Shown here: piece after piece, positions 18,310-28,255 of the stretch
How the letters are laid out: each line of letters starts with the position of its first letter
Position numbering within the stretch: position 1 is the first letter of the stretch
DNA from: Oscillatoriales cyanobacterium CG2_30_40_61
GTDB taxonomy: Bacteria > Cyanobacteriota > Cyanobacteriia > Cyanobacteriales > Microcoleaceae
NCBI GenBank assembly: GCA_001873365.1
Contig: MNYZ01000093.1
Span: 504 to 64,503 of the forward strand
Direction: 5' to 3'
DNA: 64,000 nt
Made by a program: the position numbers and the translations under genes
Notes under the pieces: generated by a model
The model's database searches: none
The model's input: only the letters and a program-made list of their open reading frames with translations
What the model was told of the DNA's origin: nothing

Positions 18310-21300
18310 CTAACCATTTAACCGACGTTCAATCCCATTAAAATAGCGATCGCCCATTTCCCCAAGCTCAACCTCAATTAAACCCCGATCATCAGCTAAA
18401 ATCCTCAAAGGTTCAGACCCCGACCCCACAAAACCCAAGTTTTGCCAGATCTGGTTTTCTTCCCCCAACTGTTGTTGTAAAAACCCTTCCCAAACCGACT
18501 GATATTCAGGACTCACGGAAACCAGAATTCGTCCCCCACCTTCTCCAAATAGAATATTATCCCAACGCACCGGAGCACCAGCATCTAAACCGAGCTTCAC
18601 CGTTGCTCCTTTTTTCCCACTAATACAAGCTTCAGCCAGCGCCACCGCTAACCCTCCTTCCCCACAATCATGGGCCGATTTAATCCACCCTTGACGAATA
18701 CCTTCCCGACAGGCGGCTTGTACCTTTTCTTCTAAGTGAAAATCCACCCTGGGAGGCTTACCCGCAATCGTTCCATGCAGCACCGCCAGATATTCCGATG
18801 CTCCTAACGTCGGTAGGGTTTTGTCATCCCCCAAAAGATAGATTAAATCCCCCGAACTTTGCCAACCCTGGCCACAAACCTTAGTTAAATCCGTAATTAA
18901 CCCCACCATACCCACCACCGGGGTCGGATAAATCGATTCCGGGTTGCCATCGGCATCCAGGGTTTCATTGTACAGGGACACATTCCCCCCCGTCACCGGA
19001 GTATTAAACGCCTTACAGCCATCGGAAATCCCCCGACAGGACTCCGCTAACTGCCAATAGCCAATCGGTTTTTCCGGGCTACCAAAATTCAAGTTATCCG
19101 TCACCGCAATCGGTTCGGCCCCCACACAGCTTAAATTCCGGGCGGCTTCGGCTACCGTTGCCTTCGCCCCTTCATAAGGGTCAAGATACACATACCGAGA
19201 GTTACAGTCTACTGTTGCGGCTAGTCCCCGGGTTGGGGCAGGGGAGGCAGGGGAGGCAGGGGAGGAGGTATTTTCTGTTGCTTCCCCATTTTTGGTGAAT
19301 CGGGGTTCTAGGGGTCGTAGGCGAATTACCGCGGCATCTCCACCACCGGGAACTAAAACGGTATTATTTTGAACTTGATGATCATATTGACGATAAACCC
19401 AGCGTTTAGAGGCAATAGAAGGAGTATCTAATAAGGTCAATAACACTTGATTCCACGATTGAAATTCTCCCTTAATTTTAATTCCTGAAACCGTAGATTC
19501 CGGTAAACTTTCCGGTTGCCATTGCCAAGCAATTTGAACATATTCTGGCGGTTCTGATAATATTTCTCGTGGATATAAAGGCGTATTTTCTGCTAAAGCA
19601 TCGGCTGGAATTTCCGCAGCAATTCCCCCTTGAAATAAAATTCTAACTATTGGTTCGGCAATTACAGTTCCCGCCACAACCGCCTGTAATCCCCAACGAT
19701 GGAAAATATCAATTAACTCCTGTTCCCGGCCTTTTTGAGCGACAAATAACATCCGTTCTTGGGATTCCGATAACAGATATTCATAGGCAACCATTCCCGT
19801 TTCTCGTACCGGAATTAAGTCTAAATCTAACTCAATTCCCACTCCACCTTTGGCCGCCATTTCTGAGGTTGAACAGGTAATTCCAGCCGCTCCCATATCC
19901 TGGGCTGCTACCACCGCGCCCGTCTTAAAGGCTTCCAAACAAGCTTCCACTAAAGACTTTTCTAAAAACGGATCTCCGACCTGTACCGCCGGACGATCTT
20001 GGATCGATTCTTCGCTTAATTCGGCACTGGCGAAACTCGCTCCCCCCATGCCATCCCGTCCCGTTGTTGAACCTACATATAATACTGGATTTCCAATACC
20101 TGAAGCACCAGATTTAACAATTTCTGGGGTTTCCATTAACCCAATTGCCATCGCATTAACTAGGGGGTTTCCGTTATAAGCTGGATCAAAATAAACCTCT
20201 CCCCCAACCGTGGGAACCCCGAAACAATTGTGAGTTACAATTCCAGATGTTGTTACAAATAAGTGAGTATTTTCTACTTCAACATCATAGACATTACACA
20301 ATTCAACACTTTTAGTTTCCACACTCCGAACTTTGACAAAAGCTAACTCGTTAGAAACATCAAAGCGAGGGAAAGAATATCGATTTCCTTGATCACAATT
20401 TAAAGCATTAACAAGCTGTTCATCTCGTTCTTGATAAAAAATCTGAGTCAAAGAACTGAGTCCCGAAATATTACTCACCTCTAATTCCCAAAACGGTAAA
20501 CTTTGATAAGGGCGACCTTCAATTTCTCCAGCGGCAGAAGGGCGATAATGAACAGAAGGAACTGCACCTTGGCTTTGAATTAATGCTAAAGCTTGTTCAA
20601 ATAATTTTTGGCTAGTCGAACCAAAGGCAATTTTAGCATGACTGCCGTTGGTTTTGGTCGTAAAAGAACCATCCCCTCGCATTAATCCTTTTAAGGCTTC
20701 TCTTTGTAAATGTTTTGGCCATGTAAAAACAAAACTAGGAAAAGCTTTATTTGCTGAACCCTCTCCACATTGCCAAACCTCTTTTAAGACATATCCTAAT
20801 AGCCAAGATGTCGCATAAACAGCAATTGTTGATTTTCGTTTTTCAATACAGGGGCGTAGTCCTAAATCTTTGAATCCCTGTACAACATCATCAACATATT
20901 CTTGTTCGTGTAAAGCAAATGTCAGGATAATTTTGTAAGTATTACCATTCGCAGAAACACACCCTTCTGAGAGATAGTAGCCGAGGAAACGAGCAAAGGT
21001 TTCATCCGGTTTAATTACGGCTTTCATGTAGTTGGCTTTACCACTTCTACGGAATAGCAAAATCTCCCGTCGTTGCACATTCAGAAGTGTTTCTAATTTC
21101 AGGAAATAGGGTAAAGGTAAATAACGTTTATGAATATATTGATAACGGTTAGTAGCCGAGGGTTCTAATAGGCATAATTCAGCCCGAATGGTTTCTGTCG
21201 GTTGCCACATTTCAGGCAGTTGAACATAAACATTTTGTCGCCCTTGATCAGAGTCATTTAAGGTTTCTAATAAATCTAGGGCAGGAATCTCCTCAACAGC

Positions 21301-22170
21301 TTGAAAATCAGGTAAAGGTAAATTAATCAGTAAGGGAATTAAATCCCCTTCTTTTAGCAACTTAGCTTCTCGCACACACCATTTCCCATCTTCTAGTAGT
21401 AAAATTAGATGGTCAGGAGTCACCGTTAAAGTACGTCCTAATGCCGTGCGGAAGGTAATCAGAGTTTGAGTCTGTCGCTTAAACACCCTGGTAACAGGTT
21501 GCCAACAGCTTTGTTGGGTTTCTGGGTCAATGGACAGTGTTTCAATACCAGGAGCTTGATTAAGTTCAGTTGTTGTTTCGTTAGGGAGAAGATGAGATTC
21601 AACAAAATTACCAATGGTGTCAAAATAAATCCCCTGATTATCCCGCCACACGAACCTTTCACTGGCAATTAAACAATTACCATAATGACTAATACCAGAA
21701 ACTACCCCTTTAAATATTTGTCTATTTCTCGAATCTTCTAAGCAACCAAATCGCAAGGAATTTAACGCCGCAATTGGCCGCGCCCCCATGGTAAAAATAT
21801 CCCTTAGAATTCCCCCCACTCCCGTCGCGGCGCCTTGGAAGGGTTCAATAGCTGAAGGGTGATTATGGGATTCTATTTTAAAGGCAATATGCAGCCCATC
21901 ACCAAAGTCCACAACTCCGGCGTTTTCCCCAGGGCCAACTAAAATTCGCTCTCCCGTGGTGGGAAATTGTTTGAGCAGAGGGCGGGAATTTTTATAACAA
22001 CAGTGTTCGCTCCACATCACCCCAAACATCCCTAATTCCGCTTTGTTGGGATGTCTTCCTAAGCGTCGGACAATTTCTTCATATTCTTCGGGTTTGATGC
22101 CTTCAGAGGCAATTTCTTCAGCAGAAAAGGGACAGTTATTTTGGGTAGACATCTCTAAAAGCGATCGCAC
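18310..22170 (-). CDS. purL: Phosphoribosylformylglycinamidine synthase subunit PurL, intein-containing
   Basis: [25 protein letters not shown] and GGNVSLYNE, interrupted by about 483 aa of intein between SHYGN and CFGVPTVGG. Confidence 0.96.
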   Translation of the reverse strand: MRSLLEMSTQNNCPFSAEEIASEGIKPEEYEEIVRRLGRHPNKAELGMFGVMWSEHCCYKNSRPLLKQFPTTGERILVGPGENAGVVDFGDGLHIAFKIESHNHPSAIEPFQGAATGVGGILRDIFTMGARPIAALNSLRFGCLEDSRNRQIFKGVVSGISHYGNCLIASERFVWRDNQGIYFDTIGNFVESHLLPNETTTELNQAPGIETLSIDPETQQSCWQPVTRVFKRQTQTLITFRTALGRTLTVTPDHLILLLEDGKWCVREAKLLKEGDLIPLLINLPLPDFQAVEEIPALDLLETLNDSDQGRQNVYVQLPEMWQPTETIRAELCLLEPSATNRYQYIHKRYLPLPYFLKLETLLNVQRREILLFRRSGKANYMKAVIKPDETFARFLGYYLSEGCVSANGNTYKIILTFALHEQEYVDDVVQGFKDLGLRPCIEKRKSTIAVYATSWLLGYVLKEVWQCGEGSANKAFPSFVFTWPKHLQREALKGLMRGDGSFTTKTNGSHAKIAFGSTSQKLFEQALALIQSQGAVPSVHYRPSAAGEIEGRPYQSLPFWELEVSNISGLSSLTQIFYQERDEQLVNALNCDQGNRYSFPRFDVSNELAFVKVRSVETKSVELCNVYDVEVENTHLFVTTSGIVTHNCFGVPTVGGEVYFDPAYNGNPLVNAMAIGLMETPEIVKSGASGIGNPVLYVGSTTGRDGMGGASFASAELSEESIQDRPAVQVGDPFLEKSLVEACLEAFKTGAVVAAQDMGAAGITCSTSEMAAKGGVGIELDLDLIPVRETGMVAYEYLLSESQERMLFVAQKGREQELIDIFHRWGLQAVVAGTVIAEPIVRILFQGGIAAEIPADALAENTPLYPREILSEPPEYVQIAWQWQPESLPESTVSGIKIKGEFQSWNQVLLTLLDTPSIASKRWVYRQYDHQVQNNTVLVPGGGDAAVIRLRPLEPRFTKNGEATENTSSPASPASPAPTRGLAATVDCNSRYVYLDPYEGAKATVAEAARNLSCVGAEPIAVTDNLNFGSPEKPIGYWQLAESCRGISDGCKAFNTPVTGGNVSLYNETLDADGNPESIYPTPVVGMVGLITDLTKVCGQGWQSSGDLIYLLGDDKTLPTLGASEYLAVLHGTIAGKPPRVDFHLEEKVQAACREGIRQGWIKSAHDCGEGGLAVALAEACISGKKGATVKLGLDAGAPVRWDNILFGEGGGRILVSVSPEYQSVWEGFLQQQLGEENQIWQNLGFVGSGSEPLRILADDRGLIEVELGEMGDRYFNGIERRLNG
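19235..19268. repeat. 9-bp tandem repeat (GGGGAGGCA) in frame within purL
   Basis: It encodes [11 protein letters not shown] in a loop between RLRP and GLAATVDCN. Confidence 0.85.
20227..21675 (-). mobile_element. Intein (483 aa) with LAGLIDADG homing endonuclease in PurL
   Basis: It starts at Cys (CLIASE) and has block B TVTPDH, blocks [11 protein letters not shown] and LKGLMRGDG, and block F VYDVEV. It ends VTHN followed by Cys+1. Removing it restores GN-CFGVP. Confidence 0.95.
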
Positions 22171-22313
22171 TTTTTACCACAGCATTTCCTATTCTATCTT
22201 CTCCTAACTCAAAACTGATTTGATTCAAAAAATTTCCGAAAAAGATAGAGGCTACCCTTGACAAAATCCCGCAGCCATCGTATATTAATTATACGTCTAA
22301 CATAAACATACAC

Positions 22314-22838
22314 TTGATTAAAAAATCAACATACAAAAACAACCCCCCGATGTCCGGTTCCCCAAACCCAATTTTTAACGACTATTCCACCCATCAATAT
22401 TGGATGAGTCGGGCTTTAGAATTAGCGCAACAAGCAGGAGAAGCCGGAGAAGTTCCCGTCGGAGCTATTATTATTAATCAGAATAATCAACTAATTTCCC
22501 AAGCCCAAAACCGCAAACAAAGAGACTGTGACCCCACCGCCCACGCCGAAATATTAGCCCTACGAGAAGCGGGAAAAATATTCAAAAATTGGCATCTAAA
22601 CACCTGTACTTTGTATGTTACCCTCGAACCCTGTCCCATGTGTACCGGAGCAATTTTACAAGCTCGTTTAGGGTTATTAGTTTATGGCGCCGATGACCCC
22701 AAAACCGGAACTATCCGTACCGTTATCAACCTTCCCGATAGTCCCTGTTCTTACCATAAATTATCGGTTTTAGGCGGAATATTAGAATCTCCTTGTCGTC
22801 AACAATTACAATCTTGGTTTGCTAAAAAACGCAATTAA
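22314..22838 (+). CDS. tadA: tRNA adenosine(34) deaminase
   Basis: GEVPVGA, DPTAHAE and TLYVTLEPCPMC. The true start may be the ATG at 22350. Confidence 0.92.
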   Translation: MIKKSTYKNNPPMSGSPNPIFNDYSTHQYWMSRALELAQQAGEAGEVPVGAIIINQNNQLISQAQNRKQRDCDPTAHAEILALREAGKIFKNWHLNTCTLYVTLEPCPMCTGAILQARLGLLVYGADDPKTGTIRTVINLPDSPCSYHKLSVLGGILESPCRQQLQSWFAKKRN

Positions 22839-22934
22839 ACAGACAATAAAAAAACTGTCCTGATCACGATAAATAAAAGCCTTTAAACTGTTTAAGATCA
22901 AGTTAAGAGGTTTATTCAACCTGCGAAAACCGTT

Positions 22935-23654
22935 ATGCTCATCTTTGACTCTGATCAATCTTTTGCAAAAATGTCCATATCTACAAAGGAAACACAGGTT
23001 AATTCTGACGTTTCTCCCTTGCTGGCTTCCATTGTGTACCCCTTGGGACAACATCTGGTTTTACCCTTTTATTTTAAATCATTGGAAGTCATCGGTCAAG
23101 AAAATCTTCCCCAACAAGGCCCTATTATTTTAGCACCAACCCATCGTTCCCGTTGGGATGCAATTATGATTCCCTATGCTACGGGTCGCTATATCACTGG
23201 ACGAGACCTGCGGTTTATGGCTACGGTTGATGAAATGAAAGGACTACAGGGGTGGTTTATTCGTCACCTAGGTGGCTTTGCAATTAACCAAAAACATCCG
23301 ACTATTTCTACTATTCGTTATGGAGTAGAATTGCTGCACCAAGGAGAAATGTTAGTTATTTTTCCAGAAGGAAATATTTTTCAGGATGACCAAGTTCACC
23401 CCCTGAAATTAGGTCTGGGGCGTTTAGCGATACAAGCAGAAACTAGCCATGATAATTTAGGAATTAAGATTGTCCCGATTTCTGTACGCTATAATCCGAT
23501 CATTCCCGGTCGGGGTTCTAGTGTTAAAATAAAAATAGCTTCTCCCCTATCTGTTGCGGATTATTGTCAAGGTTCACCAAAAAAAGACGCTCAACATCTG
23601 ATCCAAGATTTACAATTAGCACTCAACCAAATTGATCAACAAGAAGGCTTATAA
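22935..23654 (+). CDS. Lysophospholipid acyltransferase (1-acyl-sn-glycerol-3-phosphate acyltransferase family)
   Basis: APTHRSRWD (HxxxxD) and IFPEG. Confidence 0.88.
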   Translation: MLIFDSDQSFAKMSISTKETQVNSDVSPLLASIVYPLGQHLVLPFYFKSLEVIGQENLPQQGPIILAPTHRSRWDAIMIPYATGRYITGRDLRFMATVDEMKGLQGWFIRHLGGFAINQKHPTISTIRYGVELLHQGEMLVIFPEGNIFQDDQVHPLKLGLGRLAIQAETSHDNLGIKIVPISVRYNPIIPGRGSSVKIKIASPLSVADYCQGSPKKDAQHLIQDLQLALNQIDQQEGL

Positions 23655-23689
23655 TTAGAATTACTTGTAATTAATAAGCTGTTACGCGC

Positions 23690-24112
23690 GTGATAGACTC
23701 TAGCTCGAATTTTAAGCCCGGTCAAATTGTGGGATTAAATCATCACAACAGTTGTTTGTATGCAGAAGTTATTCAAGTTGTCGAAGTTCGAGATGTCTGT
23801 TGGGTCAGACCTTTGATGTTAATTGAAGGGTTATCTGAGCATCCAGAAGACAATTTTTCGAGTTTTGGTTTTACCCCAGAAACCTTTATTTTATCTGATT
23901 TACGCCCCAGCCCGGATTTAATTTGGCCGACGCGATTATTTAAGGCGGCTTTGGATACGGAAGTTATTACTTTCTTAGCCCAACTAGAGGCCCCAGAGGT
24001 CAATTCTCCAGGAGTTAAACGAGTAAATGCTGTTTATGCTCACCAACAACTCCAAGACTTTATCGCTCAAGTTTGGCGAGCTTCTGCTAATATTTTTGAA
24101 TCTAATGGATAG
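23690..24112 (+). CDS. Conserved cyanobacterial hypothetical protein
   Basis: GQIV...LYAEVIQV...CWVRPL...DLIWP..LFKAALDTEVI is a recurring cyanobacterial pattern; GTG start. Confidence 0.65.
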   Translation: MIDSSSNFKPGQIVGLNHHNSCLYAEVIQVVEVRDVCWVRPLMLIEGLSEHPEDNFSSFGFTPETFILSDLRPSPDLIWPTRLFKAALDTEVITFLAQLEAPEVNSPGVKRVNAVYAHQQLQDFIAQVWRASANIFESNG

Positions 24113-24165
24113 AAACACAAAACCCGGTTTATTTTTGGATATCGAAATTTTCAAACTTGAACCTA

Positions 24166-24393
24166 TTAGTAGCTAGAAACTAAGCGAATACGCCCAGCAT
24201 CCATTTCTTCCATTAATAATTCTAAGGCTTCATAATCGACATCGGAAACATAGCCCATTCGGGTTAATTCTGTGTTAATCCCATTTTCAATTTCAGGAGT
24301 CAGACATCTAAAATAGAGAGCTTTTTCAACCAGTTTACGAATCATATTCGTCGTTGCTGACATAGTAGGTAAGGATAAGTCGCCTATGTTCAC
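24166..24393 (-). CDS. Small helical hypothetical protein
   Basis: IRKLVEKAL...LTPEIE...DYEALELLMEEMDAGRI. The start may be the ATG at 24363. Confidence 0.6.
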   Translation of the reverse strand: MNIGDLSLPTMSATTNMIRKLVEKALYFRCLTPEIENGINTELTRMGYVSDVDYEALELLMEEMDAGRIRLVSSY

Positions 24394-24441
24394 AATATGA
24401 TAAATCGTGATTTTTACTTGTGATCATATCCTTTTATTTAA

Positions 24442-24457
24442 AGTGATCCTGATCACT
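24442..24457. promoter_or_regulatory. Candidate CRP-family binding site AGTGAT-N4-ATCACT
   Basis: It lies within the perfect palindrome AAGTGATC-CT-GATCACTT (24441-24458) and matches GTGA-N6-TCAC. Confidence 0.55.
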
Positions 24458-24600
24458 TGATATACGGGAACTTTAATAACATTTATTCAGTCCCACTTTC
24501 ATCTATCTTAAGGTATACTTAAAAGTATATTTTAATACATTTTACCCAAAATTTATCTTATATAAAATCCAATTATAGATGCTACAGATTATCTCCCTAA

Positions 24601-24642
24601 CCTCCCGGTAGAGACTAGCCATACTTAGTCTCTACCGGGAGG
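24601..24642. other. Perfect 17-bp inverted repeat with an 8-nt loop in a divergent intergenic region
   Basis: CCTCCCGGTAGAGACTA-gccatact-TAGTCTCTACCGGGAGG. Confidence 0.85.
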
Positions 24643-24748
24643 AATGTGTAGCAAACATTAAAGGTAGGGTTTGGTTTCCAAAACCCTAAAGTAATTAATA
24701 CTATGACAACATCAATGGTAATCTTAAAATAGTGTCGTTATCAATAGA

Positions 24749-27391
24749 GTGAGGTTTGCCTTGAATGTCGCAGTCGAGAAACTAATTACACCAGAAATTC
24801 ATCAACCTGCCCGTTATTTGGGTCAGGAGTTGGGCGCCAAACGCAAACCTTGGGAGTCCGCCGTTGTTCGTTGGACGTTAACCTATCCTGAAGTTTACGA
24901 GGTCGGAGTCTCAAACCTTGGCCATGTGATTCTCTATAATATTTTAAATACTCAACCTCGGCAATTATGCGATCGCGCCTATCTCCCCGCGCCAGACTTT
25001 TCAAAAAAATTACGCGAGACTAAAACCCCTCTATTTGGTGTTGAGTCCCGTCATTTTTTAATTGATTTTGATATTTTAGGATTTAGCCTCAGCTACGAAT
25101 TAGGGGCAACAAATATCTTAGAAATGTTAGATTTAGCTGGTATTCCTTTAACTTGGGAAGACCGACAAAATTATGCGGTTTGGGGTGATGATCAAAATTC
25201 CGATCAACCCCATTATCCCTTAATTTTTGCCGGGGGACAAACAGCCACATCTAACCCCGAACCCTACTCAGATTTTTTTGATTTTATCGCTTTAGGAGAT
25301 GGGGAAGAATTATTACCAGAAATTGGATTAATTTTAGAAGAATGCAAGAAAAATAACTTAGATAGAAAATCCGTATTACTAGATTTAGCCCAAATTCCAG
25401 GGGTCTATGTTCCTCAATTTTATCAGATGGCAGAAGATGGTTCTGTTCATCCCAAACATCCTGACGTTCCCGCCCAAATATTAAGACGGGTAGCCGCACC
25501 AATGCCCGCCTATTCGATTAAATTTGTTCCCTATGTACAAACAGTTCATGATCGGTTAGTAATTGAAGTTAGACGGGGTTGTACCAGGGGATGTCGTTTT
25601 TGTCAACCAGGAATGTTAACCCGTCCGGCGCGAGATGTGAAACCAGAAGATGTGATTCAAGCTGTTGAAAAAGGGATGAAAGAAACGGGTTATAATGAAT
25701 TTTCCCTATTATCTTTGAGTTGTTCCGATTATTTATCCTTACCCTCGGTGGGAATGGAAATTAAGAACCGTCTGAAAGATTATAATGTCAGTTTATCTTT
25801 ACCTAGTCAACGGGTAGATCGCTTTGATGAAAATATTGCTAATATTTTAGGGGGAGCGCGACAAAGTGGGTTAACTTTTGCCCCGGAAGCGGGAACTCAA
25901 AGAATGCGAGATATTATTAATAAAGGGTTAACTAATCAGGAATTATTAAAGGGAGTTAAAACCGCTTTTGAGCAAGGGTGGGAGAAAATTAAACTCTATT
26001 TTATGATAGGTTTACCCGGAGAAACCGATACGGATGTATTAGGAATTGCCGAAACCGTTGCTTGGTTACAACGCGAATGTTCTGCTAAAGATCGGAGGAA
26101 ATTAAATTTTAATTTAACTATTTCTAACTTTACACCTAAACCCCATACTCCCTTTCAATGGCATTCGGTTTCTACAACAGAATTCCAACGCAAACAGAAA
26201 TTATTAAGACAAGAATTTCGCCAAATGCGAGGGGTAAAAGTTAACTTTACCGATGTTAGAATATCGGCCATGGAAGATTTTGTCGGTCGAGGCGATCGCC
26301 GTTTAGGGCCAGTGGTGCGTCGCGCCTGGGAACTCGGGGCGGGAATGGACTCCTGGTGGGAAAGTTTAGAGCGGGCCTTTGGCGCTTGGACACAGGCGAT
26401 CGAAGAAGCGGGTTTGAGTTGGAAATACCGTCGGGTGGAAAGTGGGGAATGGAATTTGATCGAGGGAATAGGGAACAGTCAAGAACCGGATTATGGCATA
26501 TTATTAGATCAGCCTTTACCCTGGGATCATATTGACAGTGGAATTGATAAAAATTGGCTCAAAGAAGATTTAAAACGGGCATTAGAAGCGACAACTGTTC
26601 CCGATTGTTCCTTTGAAAGTTGTTCTCATTGTGGCGTTTGTGGAACGGATTTTGGTCATAATATTGTGATTAAATCTCCTCCTATTCCCCAATTTGCCGG
26701 AGAATTTATCCCCAATTCCCAGCGAGTCCAACGGTTAAGAGTGGGGTTTGGAAAATTAGGAGATATGGCTTTAGTCGGACATTTAGATTTATTCCGATTA
26801 TTTGACCGAGCAATTCGGCGGGCTTCGATTCCCTTAGCGTTTACGGGAGGATATCGTCCAAATCCGAGGATTTCCATTGCCTTTGCCTTACCTTTAGGGG
26901 CAACCAGTAGCGGTGAAATTGTAGATTTTGAATTAACAGAATCCATAAATATCCAAGAATTTCGCCAAAAATTAGCCGCAGGTTTACCTGATACTATTCC
27001 TTTGTATCAAATTCAAGAAGTCCCCATAGACTTACCCTCTTTAACAGATACAATTGAAAAAGCAGAATATTATTTAACCCTAAATTGGATAGGGCAAGAA
27101 AATGCTATCCCTGAATGGTTAAACTGGATCAACCAGGTCAAAGCCACATCAGAAATTTTATGGGAGAAAACCACAAAATCAGGTAAAAAAACCGTGATCA
27201 ATTTACGAGAACAATTATTTGAACTAGAAATAATTTCCCCCGAAGATCAGCGACTCCGTTATGTGGGAAGTTGTCGGAATGATGGGACACAACTACGGCC
27301 CGAACTGATGATCAAGATGTTAGAACAGGTAACTGGCCAAGAATTCCAATTATTACAGATTCACCGCCAGCAGCTTTTAACCCAATCTTAA
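24749..27391 (+). CDS. TIGR03960-type B12-binding radical SAM protein fused to a DUF2344 (TIGR03936-like) domain
   Basis: PARYLGQE, YPEVYEVG, RGCTRGCRFCQ and C-terminal GHLDLFRLFDRAIRRASIP. The exact start is uncertain. Confidence 0.9.
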   Translation: MRFALNVAVEKLITPEIHQPARYLGQELGAKRKPWESAVVRWTLTYPEVYEVGVSNLGHVILYNILNTQPRQLCDRAYLPAPDFSKKLRETKTPLFGVESRHFLIDFDILGFSLSYELGATNILEMLDLAGIPLTWEDRQNYAVWGDDQNSDQPHYPLIFAGGQTATSNPEPYSDFFDFIALGDGEELLPEIGLILEECKKNNLDRKSVLLDLAQIPGVYVPQFYQMAEDGSVHPKHPDVPAQILRRVAAPMPAYSIKFVPYVQTVHDRLVIEVRRGCTRGCRFCQPGMLTRPARDVKPEDVIQAVEKGMKETGYNEFSLLSLSCSDYLSLPSVGMEIKNRLKDYNVSLSLPSQRVDRFDENIANILGGARQSGLTFAPEAGTQRMRDIINKGLTNQELLKGVKTAFEQGWEKIKLYFMIGLPGETDTDVLGIAETVAWLQRECSAKDRRKLNFNLTISNFTPKPHTPFQWHSVSTTEFQRKQKLLRQEFRQMRGVKVNFTDVRISAMEDFVGRGDRRLGPVVRRAWELGAGMDSWWESLERAFGAWTQAIEEAGLSWKYRRVESGEWNLIEGIGNSQEPDYGILLDQPLPWDHIDSGIDKNWLKEDLKRALEATTVPDCSFESCSHCGVCGTDFGHNIVIKSPPIPQFAGEFIPNSQRVQRLRVGFGKLGDMALVGHLDLFRLFDRAIRRASIPLAFTGGYRPNPRISIAFALPLGATSSGEIVDFELTESINIQEFRQKLAAGLPDTIPLYQIQEVPIDLPSLTDTIEKAEYYLTLNWIGQENAIPEWLNWINQVKATSEILWEKTTKSGKKTVINLREQLFELEIISPEDQRLRYVGSCRNDGTQLRPELMIKMLEQVTGQEFQLLQIHRQQLLTQS

Positions 27392-27430
27392 AAAACTTCT
27401 ATCTCAGGTAATAATTTGCATTTGCTCCAG

Positions 27431-27439
27431 TGTTATAAT
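27431..27439 (+). promoter_or_regulatory. Extended -10 promoter (TGnTATAAT), the likely start of a very long rne leader
   Basis: tgttataat lies 40 bp after the upstream stop codon and about 815 bp before the rne ATG. Confidence 0.5.
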
Positions 27440-28255
27440 AGGATGCGTTAAGCCAAGTTTGGTGGCCTAGGGGCGGGTTCGTCCAGATCTAGGCTACAAA
27501 CCGACAATATTACTTAATCTCCCCGGTACTCAACTAGGGTTCTCAGAATCAAAAATTGCAGGTTCGCTGACGCTAGGATCAACCCAATTGAACCGGAATC
27601 CTATACACTTACGGTCAAGTCAGTGTATGGCATTCACGGGTGGCGCACCTGTTATAAGGCGGCTGGAAAATCCACCCAAGCTTAATACGGCTAAAAATCA
27701 CACCGAAGAAAGTAGCAAAAAAACTTTGTCTGGCATCTGTCTTGATACCATAAACAAACAAACACATTTCAATGGCTAGATTCAAGTCTATTGAGGTGAA
27801 TGGGGGAGAAATCATCTAGCTTAGAATGTGCGATCTAAGCTGTAGTAGGAGTGAGATTTTCACAAGATCCCGAGACTTGATTGGTAAACAAGTCAAGAAG
27901 TCAACCCCTGTCAAACCCAAGTTTTGCTCACTGACACCAATCACCGATGAAGGCAGATGGATAACAAATAAACTCCATAATCTCATTTTCCCATAACCTT
28001 TGAAGGCTTACATTTGATGGATTTTGGATGTTAAATTTAGCTTTTGTTAACCGTTGATTTGAAAAGATCAAAACCTGATTTTCTTGCCCTCGGTGTAGGG
28101 TAGGTATGGGGGCGGTTTGCCTAGGGGCTTGGTGTGTCTTTGGTGTCTTCCTAATGGCGCGAAAATTCGCGTTAATGGATTTATTAATCACGTCAATATT
28201 GTTAGGTACACGCAGCGTAGGTGCTTTCAATATTGCTAAGTTTTGAGGGAACTGA

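Noticed and set aside
27588-28230. ORFs 27588-27779, 27615-27815 and 27928-28230 as genes
   Set aside because: They have weak starts, no RBS or family motifs, and overlap one another. The region is better explained as an rne leader.
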